DNA of 64,000 nt, from assembly GCA_902385635.1 (NCBI GenBank), contig CABMGN010000008.1, forward strand, positions 9,956 to 73,955, read 5' to 3'. Under the pieces are notes generated by a model. The model made no database searches. It saw only the letters and a list, made by a program, of their open reading frames with translations, and had not been told where the DNA came from. The stretch is from an uncultured archaeon (GTDB lineage: Archaea; Nanobdellota; Nanobdellia; Pacearchaeales; GW2011-AR1). The position numbers were made by a program, and so were the translations under genes. Below are positions 1 through 7,432 of this stretch, piece by piece. Numbering within the stretch: position 1 is the first letter of the stretch; every line of letters starts with the position of its first letter.

Positions 1-1286
1 GAAATGCTGCAGACAAGAAAGACTTAGGGGATAAAGGTCTTGCACTGATTGGAAAAGGCTACGTTAAGATGGGGCAGTATACTTCTCTAAGCAATAGAAT
101 CTATATGGATGTCGCACGAAGTCATGTTGTCCTTGTTGCAGGAAAAAGGGGTTCAGGAAAATCCTACACTCTAGGAGTTTTAGCAGAAGAGATCGCAGGT
201 TTACCAAAAGAAGTAAGCCAAAACATTGCTTCTCTTATTTTTGATACAATGGGGATTTACTGGACAATGAAATACAAAAACCAAAAAGATAAAGAATTAT
301 TAGACGCATGGGGGTCACCAGCAAAAAATCTTCCGGTAAAGGTTTTTGTTCCATACGGACACTTTCAAAGTTACTTAGAAAAAGGAATACCTGTAGATGA
401 AAGGTTCGCACTTGATATAACAGAACTTGAAGCAGAAGATTGGATTCTAACTTTCGGGTTGGATATAATTAATCCCGTATCTGTTTTAATCCAAAGAGCT
501 CTTCTAAGATTACAAGAAAGAGGAAAATTTAATATTGGAGATGTGGTCTCGGAAATAGAATCAGACAATAAAAGTGATCAGGAAATAAAAAATGCTGCAG
601 CAGGTTTATTTGAAGCAGCAAAAACATGGGGAATCTTTTCAGAATCTTCAGAAGAATCAACAAAAGTAAGAGATTTACTAAATGCCGGCATGACTTCTAT
701 TTTAGATCTTAGTGTTTACAATTCCGTAGGAGCATTCAATGTAAGGGCCCTAGTAATTAGTCTCCTATGTAAAAAAATATTTAATGAAAGAATGGAAGCA
801 AGAAAAAAAGAGGAAATAAGAGAGGTTTCAAGAGGATTAACTTACACTTCAAGTGAAATGAAAAAAGAAACACCTCTTGTCTGGTTAATAATTGATGAAG
901 CACACGAATTCCTACCTAAAGACAAAAAAACAGTTGCAACAGACGCGCTAGTACAGTTGTTAAGAGAAGGGAGACAACCAGGTATTTCTCTTGTTCTTGC
1001 AACACAGCAACCCGGGCAAATTCACGGAGATGTTATGACCCAGTCAGATATTGTCCTATCCCACAGAGTTACCGCAGCCCCAGACATAGAGGCACTGAAT
1101 AAAATAATGCAGTCCTATTTATTAGATAGCATCAAAAAATACATGGATGACCTACCAACACTAAAAGGTTCTGCTATTATACTAGATGATAATTCAGAAA
1201 GAATCTATCCAATGAGAATGCGACCAAGATTCACCTGGCATGGAGGAGATGCTCCTACAGCAGTCCCTATTGAAAAGAAACTTTAG
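1..1286 (+). CDS. HerA/FtsK-like (DUF87) P-loop ATPase, 5'-truncated by window edge
   Basis: Walker A GKRGSGKS, Walker B LIIDEAH, REGRQPGISLVLATQQP motif; reading frame is open upstream of ATG69 to the window start. Confidence 0.85.
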   Translation, partial: NAADKKDLGDKGLALIGKGYVKMGQYTSLSNRIYMDVARSHVVLVAGKRGSGKSYTLGVLAEEIAGLPKEVSQNIASLIFDTMGIYWTMKYKNQKDKELLDAWGSPAKNLPVKVFVPYGHFQSYLEKGIPVDERFALDITELEAEDWILTFGLDIINPVSVLIQRALLRLQERGKFNIGDVVSEIESDNKSDQEIKNAAAGLFEAAKTWGIFSESSEESTKVRDLLNAGMTSILDLSVYNSVGAFNVRALVISLLCKKIFNERMEARKKEEIREVSRGLTYTSSEMKKETPLVWLIIDEAHEFLPKDKKTVATDALVQLLREGRQPGISLVLATQQPGQIHGDVMTQSDIVLSHRVTAAPDIEALNKIMQSYLLDSIKKYMDDLPTLKGSAIILDDNSERIYPMRMRPRFTWHGGDAPTAVPIEKKL

Positions 1287-1290
1287 TTCT

Positions 1291-1335
1291 GAGAAAATAA
1301 AAAAGAAAGAGAAAAAAAATAAAAATAAAAAAACA
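1291..1335 (-). terminator. Oligo-T tract terminator between convergent genes
   Basis: Long A tract on + (T tract on -) directly after the stop of 1343-1678. Confidence 0.5.
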
Positions 1336-1342
1336 AGCACAC

Positions 1343-1678
1343 TTAGTTGTGAGCTAGTACGAATACGTTCTTGATTGCAACAATAACAGTTGCTGGAACG
1401 AAAATCACTAATAATGCACTAAGTACATTACTAATTATTTGTACATCAGCTAGAACACTTCCTCCAAATGCAGAAGCAATAATTAATACAGCTCCAGACA
1501 TTAAGAAAGGCATTGTTTCCGAATCAGCTACGTTAAGTAAACCAACAATCAAACCAATGATTACAAGAGCAATCAACCAGTTTCCTGCTAGATTCCCGAT
1601 AAGTCCAAGGACTACCGCAAGAATAACGCCGACAAGGAAAGCCCAGCTTCCAATTACATTAACCTTACTCTTAGCCAT
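1343..1678 (-). CDS. Small multi-pass membrane protein (about 4 TM), unknown function
   Basis: Hydrophobic 111 aa ORF; strong SD (GGGGAGGT) upstream. Confidence 0.8.
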   Translation of the reverse strand: MAKSKVNVIGSWAFLVGVILAVVLGLIGNLAGNWLIALVIIGLIVGLLNVADSETMPFLMSGAVLIIASAFGGSVLADVQIISNVLSALLVIFVPATVIVAIKNVFVLAHN

Positions 1679-1825
1679 CTTTTTTTAACCTCCCCTCAAT
1701 TTTGTTGTGCATTTGATCTGGAAAAACCAGTCAATTTGCTAGCAAATCAAACCTAAGGTTTGTAAAAATTAAAGGCATAAAAGACTTTTAAACTTAACTG
1801 ATTCCGAAAACTTCCCTTTACAAAA

Positions 1826-1853
1826 CCAAGATTTAAAAAGAGGTTAAATCTGG
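1826..1853 (+). promoter_or_regulatory. BRE/TATA promoter of the 1861-2839 operon with overlapping inverted repeat AGATTTAA-N7-TTAAATCT
   Basis: CAAGATTTAAAAAG about 25 nt before ATG1861; 8-bp arms at 1829-1836 and 1844-1851. Confidence 0.55.
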
Positions 1854-1860
1854 CTAAAAA

Positions 1861-2106
1861 ATGCCAGAATACTGCGAAGCAAAAAAATTCCTTGGAGAAA
1901 CAACCTACTTAAGACAAACAGTTCACGTTTGTCCTCTGGGTGAAAAAATGGAATGCCCGTATAATAATTCAGAACTTGTAAGTTGGGAAGGGGATAAATC
2001 AAGAATTTGTAAAACAAGAGGAGTAATAGAAAAAAGCGGATTGCTAAAACACCTTGGGGAAGGAAAGTTTGATTTAATTTCTTCTAGAAAAGATGATACC
2101 CAATAG
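1861..2106 (+). CDS. Small Cys-containing hypothetical protein (4 Cys), overlaps sigma-like gene
   Basis: 81 aa ORF after a TATA box; 14-nt overlap with next ORF. Confidence 0.65.
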   Translation: MPEYCEAKKFLGETTYLRQTVHVCPLGEKMECPYNNSELVSWEGDKSRICKTRGVIEKSGLLKHLGEGKFDLISSRKDDTQ

Positions 2107-2839
2107 ATTTACAAAAACATTTGAAGTAGATCCGAATTCTAGATGGAGAGAAGTAGATCAGCTTGTAGAACTTTACCAAAAAGCGAGAGAAGAAAAAAGA
2201 AGAAACTTATCTACAGAAATTTTAGAAAGAGTAACTCCTTTTGTTTACCAACTTGCAAATAGACTAGCTTACAATGGAGGTATTCCTATAACAACTAAAA
2301 GAGGGTCGCGTGTATGGATCTCTCTTGGAGAAAAAGCACGTCTTTTACAAGAGACCGAAAATCAGGCAGGAGCCATATCAATTGAAGACCTTGTTGCTGA
2401 AGCAATTATAGATCTTGATAAAAATCTACAAAACTATGATGCAAGTAGAGGCACATTCTCAACATACATTGGGAATAGAGCTCCGGTTATAATGCAAAGA
2501 TACTTCTTAAGAAATCAAAACCATGAAGGAATTTTTTCTATAGATTCTCCAGTCCAGGGTTGGGGTAAAGAAGGAAGTTACTATGACGTAATCTCGGGAG
2601 GAATAGACGAAGAAGACTCTTCACTTGAAGTAAAAGAAGAGCAAGTTGAGTTATTAGAAAGAATAAGAAGAGGAAACTTATCCAAAAAAGAAAGAAAAGT
2701 TTTGAAATTAAGATACGGATTGTATAAAGATAGAAAAGAACATAAGTTAAGAGAAATTGGAGAGCTAATGGGATTTAAACATCAATATGCAAGTCAATTA
2801 GAACAATCTGCTCTTAGAAAATTAAGAAAAGTCGCATAA
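2093..2839 (+). CDS. Sigma-70-family-like protein (regions 2, 3.2 and 4)
   Basis: EDLVAEAIIDL (2.2), YDASRGTFSTYI (2.3), FSIDSPV...SYYDVI (3.2), LSKKERKVLKLRYGL (4.1), KLREIGELMG...SQLEQSALRKLR (4.2 HTH). Confidence 0.85.
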   Translation: MIPNRFTKTFEVDPNSRWREVDQLVELYQKAREEKRRNLSTEILERVTPFVYQLANRLAYNGGIPITTKRGSRVWISLGEKARLLQETENQAGAISIEDLVAEAIIDLDKNLQNYDASRGTFSTYIGNRAPVIMQRYFLRNQNHEGIFSIDSPVQGWGKEGSYYDVISGGIDEEDSSLEVKEEQVELLERIRRGNLSKKERKVLKLRYGLYKDRKEHKLREIGELMGFKHQYASQLEQSALRKLRKVA

Positions 2840-2843
2840 AACA

Positions 2844-3623
2844 TTAATTCAAAACCTGAAAATCCACTCTTAGTCTAATTTTATACGGCCCAATATCTCC
2901 AGCACTCCTAACTTTTGTAATCTTTATTTTTTTCTTAAACTTCAGTGCTTGCTGTTTAACCATCTCAACAATTTTATCTATTTTTTCAATCTCGCAGAAA
3001 TCATAATAATAAACTTTAGTTCCTTTTTTACTTAACATAAAAGCCTGTTCTAAAAAAGAATCCTTAAGTTGCGGTCTAGGCATAACAATAACATCAAACT
3101 TTTTGTTCAGCTTCTTTACAACTCTTTTAATATCCCCTGGAATAAGAATAATTTTATTCTTCAATTTATTCAATTCTATATTTAGCTGCCCGTACTTATT
3201 CGCTTCTCGATTAAGCTCATTAGAATAAACAGACTTAGCTTTTGAATTCTTACCTATTTCCACAGAAAATGGCCCTACTCCAGCAAACATAACTAAAACC
3301 TCTTCATTCTTTTTTATCAGAGAAGCTATATCTTTTCTCTCATTACTCAGTCTTGGAGAAAAGTAAGTTGTATCAATATTAAATCTGAAAACACAACCAT
3401 TCTCTCTATACAAAACTTCTTTTGTATTTTCTCCGCTAATAAATCTTGTTCGCATCTTCCTTAATCTCCCAGAAAACTTCCCAGCTTTTTCCAATACGGT
3501 TTTTATACTTGACTGTTCTTTCATTAAAAATTTTCCAAATTTTATCTTTTCAGAAGACTTCATCTTCTCAGGAAATTTCACAATAGCAGTATTTCCAAGA
3601 ATATCAAAAGGATATCGAGACAT
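2844..3623 (-). CDS. trm5: Trm5/Met-10 family tRNA methyltransferase
   Basis: YFSPRLSNER, MFAGVGPF SAM motif, ELNRE, DVIVMPRP. Confidence 0.85.
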   Translation of the reverse strand: MSRYPFDILGNTAIVKFPEKMKSSEKIKFGKFLMKEQSSIKTVLEKAGKFSGRLRKMRTRFISGENTKEVLYRENGCVFRFNIDTTYFSPRLSNERKDIASLIKKNEEVLVMFAGVGPFSVEIGKNSKAKSVYSNELNREANKYGQLNIELNKLKNKIILIPGDIKRVVKKLNKKFDVIVMPRPQLKDSFLEQAFMLSKKGTKVYYYDFCEIEKIDKIVEMVKQQALKFKKKIKITKVRSAGDIGPYKIRLRVDFQVLN

Positions 3624-3637
3624 AAACTAAAAAGAGA

Positions 3638-3656
3638 AATTAACTAAATAAATCTT
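3638..3656 (-). repeat. 19-bp promoter copy 1 (AATTAACTAAATAAATCTT on +)
   Basis: Identical to 4701-4719; reads AAGATTTATTTAGTTAATT (BRE/TATA-like) on -. Confidence 0.8.
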
Positions 3657-3657
3657 C

Positions 3658-4686
3658 CTAGGCATTAAGATCATAACTATACCCAAACCAGAACTTCTGG
3701 CCAGCATAATATTTTTCAACCATATCAAAATTCTCGTACGCAACACCACCAGTAACTGCTTTTCCATTACACGGATTCAAGAAACCACTAAAGTAATGAT
3801 CTCTTCCATTAACAGTAACCATTAAATCAGGATTGTAAGTTCCAGAATACTTTCTCCAGTACTGATAAAATTTAGGCTTTCCGTAATACGGAGCAACATC
3901 ACTACCCCACTCACCAAACCAGTTTCCAGCCTCGTCATTTCCAGCATAAGCAATAACCCCAGAAGAGTCTGTTCTCAACTTGTTTAAAGCAAAGGTCTTC
4001 AAAGGATAAAAACACCCGCTCCCGGGTTGTTCTCCTGCATAAAGATTTTTTGAATTAATAATTTCATCCTTCAGATAAAGATCTCTTATTCTTCCAAGAT
4101 TTCCTCCTGTAGCAGACATGTGTATATAGCTTACAAGATTGTTTTCTTTGTACATATCCTGCGCAGAGATTCCAATCTCTCGCGGCTTACTTTTATCAAT
4201 GGTTATAGTAACCTTCAAAGGGATTTTATTTTTATTAAACTCTGATGTTCTAAACACAACAGTTAGTATACTCCCTTCAACACTTGTACTCTCAGGCATA
4301 AAAACAATCTTCTCTGCTTCACTCTGGTCTAAACCATTTTTTCCAAGAATATCAAAACCTATATAATTAAAAAAATAAGTTTCTCCCTTTTCATCAGTAA
4401 ACATAACATAAATTAGTCCCGGAGCCCAGGTTCCACCCGGAGCATTATCCATCTGTGGGGGTTTAGAATTTTTTTGTATACCTATTGCGATTCCATCAGC
4501 TAAACCCCAGATATAATTTTGGTTATTATTTTCAGGCAAAATCCACCCATCACTTAAAACAGGACCAACATTAGTGTTTCCTCCCGGTCTAGGATTAGCC
4601 GGATGCCTAAGAAGAATCCCAAACAGAATTAAAAGTACTAAAATAACCAAGAGGATAGTCAACAAAATCTTGTACTCTCGCTTCAT
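3658..4686 (-). CDS. Membrane-anchored/secreted hypothetical protein
   Basis: N-terminal TM/signal followed by Gly/aromatic-rich soluble domain. Confidence 0.8.
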   Translation of the reverse strand: MKREYKILLTILLVILVLLILFGILLRHPANPRPGGNTNVGPVLSDGWILPENNNQNYIWGLADGIAIGIQKNSKPPQMDNAPGGTWAPGLIYVMFTDEKGETYFFNYIGFDILGKNGLDQSEAEKIVFMPESTSVEGSILTVVFRTSEFNKNKIPLKVTITIDKSKPREIGISAQDMYKENNLVSYIHMSATGGNLGRIRDLYLKDEIINSKNLYAGEQPGSGCFYPLKTFALNKLRTDSSGVIAYAGNDEAGNWFGEWGSDVAPYYGKPKFYQYWRKYSGTYNPDLMVTVNGRDHYFSGFLNPCNGKAVTGGVAYENFDMVEKYYAGQKFWFGYSYDLNA

Positions 4687-4700
4687 AAAAAAGCTAGAAT

Positions 4701-4719
4701 AATTAACTAAATAAATCTT
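4701..4719 (-). repeat. 19-bp promoter copy 2
   Basis: Identical to 3638-3656, same 14-nt spacing to the downstream ATG. Confidence 0.8.
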
Positions 4720-4757
4720 TCCAGAAAGTTTATAAAAAACATTTGCATAAGATAAAT

Positions 4758-5381
4758 ATGAAAGAAAAGAGGGGATTCTTACTAATATCTCTACTGTTGA
4801 TTATTCCATTAATCAAATTAGTAAGTGCCTTAACAATTCAAGATTTCTTCTATGCTGTTGGTGAGGAACAGCTAGCACTAATACTTACTGGTGTAGTTAT
4901 TGGCCTTATTGCCTGGTGGGGATTAAGCCGAGCTTTTGGACCAGAGGGAAGGCTTCCTGCAACAGTTATTGCGGTAGCACTAGCCATTGGTGGATCCTAT
5001 CTCTCATTGCAGTATGGTTATGCCCGAGCAATAGGAGAATTTATCTTTGGTCTAGGACTTAATGTAGGTGTAGGATCAGATGTAATGTACCCGGTAATAT
5101 TCGTCGTAGCTCTCGGGCTATTAATCCTTCTCACAATAATAACAAGTATTTCCTGGGCCCTAATAATTTTAGGAGTCATGATGATTCTCCTAAGTTCGTA
5201 CGCATACGAATCCAATATTGTAACCGCAATAGGAGTAATCATGATACTTGCAGCAGTAGTAATAGGCTGGATAAGGCACAGATTCCAAAATACAACATAT
5301 ATCAGTGGGGGTTTAGGTGCTTTTGGAAGAAGAGTAGCTAGGCCAGGAATCTTTGGGTGGGGAAGAAGAAGAAACCCTTAG
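4758..5381 (+). CDS. Multi-pass membrane protein, unknown function
   Basis: About 6 hydrophobic segments, Arg-rich C-terminus; ATG4758 preferred over TTG4743 given TATA near 4729. Confidence 0.75.
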   Translation: MKEKRGFLLISLLLIIPLIKLVSALTIQDFFYAVGEEQLALILTGVVIGLIAWWGLSRAFGPEGRLPATVIAVALAIGGSYLSLQYGYARAIGEFIFGLGLNVGVGSDVMYPVIFVVALGLLILLTIITSISWALIILGVMMILLSSYAYESNIVTAIGVIMILAAVVIGWIRHRFQNTTYISGGLGAFGRRVARPGIFGWGRRRNP

Positions 5382-6421
5382 AACCACTTGTCTAAACCTT
5401 TCTGATTATTTCTTTCACTAACTTTTTTTAACTTATCTAGCTGTGTCTGGATTCTCTCTTCAGAAAAACTATGTTCTTCAACAAGAAGCTGAAGGATCTT
5501 TTTTTCGTCAGGTCTCTTAAACTTAAAAGTAGAATCCTCAACCTCATGTTTTTTGAATAGCTCAAAAATTTCAGTCCAGTCAAATTGGTCTTCTTCCGGA
5601 AGAGCAGAAATTTTTTCCTTAACACTTTCGAATATTAAAACAGGTTGTTTATACTTCTGAACAATTTCCAGAGATTTCTTCTGGCCAATTCCAGGAATCC
5701 CTTTTGGGTTGTAATCTGTTCCAACTAGAATTCCTAAACAAATTAATTGATCTAAGTCTATTCCCAAAGTGTTTAAAACCTTTTCAAGTTCAATTATTTC
5801 CGGCTTTACTTCAACCCATAAGCCCCCAGAAGTTTTTTTCTTTCTAGATAAAGCTAGATTTCTAATCAATCTCTTTGTTCCAAATAATAAGCTATCATAA
5901 TCCTGGCTAACACTTGCAAAAACATTTTCATGTTTTCTACAGAGATATGCTGCTTCAGCCTCCCCTTCACTTGGAGCTTGCACAACAGGAATACCCATTG
6001 CATCAAGCAACTCTTTAGCCTCCTTAATCATATTGTCATCAAGCCGAATCAACTGACTACTATATCTTTTCATAAGTGCAAAATCTTCTTCCTGTTTTGC
6101 AGAAGCATATCTTTCCTGAGCAAGATCCCTATTTTCTTTTCTTTCTTTCCAAGTTCTTTGTTTTAGTTTAGGAGCCTTACCATCAAAAACATAAACAAGC
6201 TTAATTCCTTCAGAAAGCAAAGCAATATTTCTATAAAAAATTCCAGAAAGATGGCTGGTTATTCTCTTCTGACTATCCATCAAAGGCGTCCCGTCTGGCT
6301 GCCTGATTGTAGAAATAAATTGGTAAAGGGTATTAAATGCATCAACACAAACAATCTTTCCTTTCAGTTCAGATATTTCCAATTCCTTTCTAGGAATAAT
6401 ATCTTTGATGTTTAGTCCCAT
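5378..6421 (-). CDS. fen: Flap endonuclease 1
   Basis: DAFNTLYQF, PDGTPLMD, SEGEAEA, SQDYDSLLFG, GTDYN, C-terminal PIP box QKGLDKWF. Confidence 0.97.
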   Translation of the reverse strand: MGLNIKDIIPRKELEISELKGKIVCVDAFNTLYQFISTIRQPDGTPLMDSQKRITSHLSGIFYRNIALLSEGIKLVYVFDGKAPKLKQRTWKERKENRDLAQERYASAKQEEDFALMKRYSSQLIRLDDNMIKEAKELLDAMGIPVVQAPSEGEAEAAYLCRKHENVFASVSQDYDSLLFGTKRLIRNLALSRKKKTSGGLWVEVKPEIIELEKVLNTLGIDLDQLICLGILVGTDYNPKGIPGIGQKKSLEIVQKYKQPVLIFESVKEKISALPEEDQFDWTEIFELFKKHEVEDSTFKFKRPDEKKILQLLVEEHSFSEERIQTQLDKLKKVSERNNQKGLDKWF

Positions 6422-6459
6422 AATTTATCAATAAAAAGATAGTATAAATAATTTAGTTA

Positions 6460-6807
6460 TTATCTTATTTTAGAAATTTTTACTATATTAGATGGTGGAG
6501 TAAAATTGTAAGAATAGAGTAGTCTAAACTCGGGTTCTAGGCGTTCAGCCATATCCCTTAAGCCGTCTATCTCAGCCTCTCGAGAATTCTCATAACCACC
6601 AGTCTCATCCTCAAACCGCCCCTCACGCCAGAAATATTGCACACGAATCCTCTGGTCCGATCCTGGAGAGCAAGGAAGTACAGAAAATCTTAAACAAACC
6701 TCTAGCTGGCCGGGAGTAGAGTCAAGTCTAGATTTAATTCCCTTAGCAAAACTTCCGAGATTTGGTGACTTGGGAAGACTTTCATAGTTTATATCATCTA
6801 GAACCAT
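6460..6807 (-). CDS. Hypothetical protein
   Basis: 115 aa ORF with own TATA (CTTTATAAG on -) about 25 nt upstream. Confidence 0.65.
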   Translation of the reverse strand: MVLDDINYESLPKSPNLGSFAKGIKSRLDSTPGQLEVCLRFSVLPCSPGSDQRIRVQYFWREGRFEDETGGYENSREAEIDGLRDMAERLEPEFRLLYSYNFTPPSNIVKISKIR

Positions 6808-6880
6808 ACAAAAAGATTAAAGAAAAAGCTTATAAAGATTTCGCTACTCCGCGAAACCTTAGGTGTCTGTAGTATAAAGG

Positions 6881-7357
6881 TTAATCTTCTTTAAGAGCTT
6901 TCCTAGCACTTTCAATAAGGGCATTAAATAAATATCCAATTTTACCCGGAGATGCCCCCATAAGTGGCTGTTTTCCCTTAGATCCAAAACGCCCCGGAAA
7001 ATAAGTTTCAAGCAAGCGTCTTTTAGTGTCTGGATCCTGGTAGAGACTATTAGAAACACCTTCAGCTTCCTTAAGAAAACTCTGATAAGAAGTAAGAAGT
7101 GTTTGTGAAATATCTGTTCGTTTAGGGGGGATAAAGGGGGGAACACCTAAAAGTGTTTCAACAAGAGAATGGGCGTCATGGATTCCTCTAGAAGCACGAT
7201 ATAAATTCTCATCCTCAGGATTAAACCCAAAAAAATCAGTTAGCGCCTGATATCTTTCAGCGTTTTGACCAGATAAAGCCTCAACTCGGTACCTTTCCAG
7301 CAACTTTTCATCTTCTGGTTCCAATTCTAAAAAACCTTGTTCATCACGCCTAGCCAT
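6881..7357 (-). CDS. Hypothetical protein
   Basis: Likely start MARRDEQG at 7357 (avoids overlap with polB); TATA near 7381. Confidence 0.65.
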   Translation of the reverse strand: MARRDEQGFLELEPEDEKLLERYRVEALSGQNAERYQALTDFFGFNPEDENLYRASRGIHDAHSLVETLLGVPPFIPPKRTDISQTLLTSYQSFLKEAEGVSNSLYQDPDTKRRLLETYFPGRFGSKGKQPLMGASPGKIGYLFNALIESARKALKED

Positions 7358-7432
7358 TAAAAACAAAAAACACTCAAGGCTATAAATTTTTCTATTCTCA
7401 AACTTTAAATAATTCCAAAACTTAGGGAAATT

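Noticed and set aside
6839-6856. TTTCGC-TACTCC-GCGAAA inverted repeat between two orphan genes
   Set aside because: Single 6-bp-arm repeat with no second copy or T tract; chance cannot be excluded
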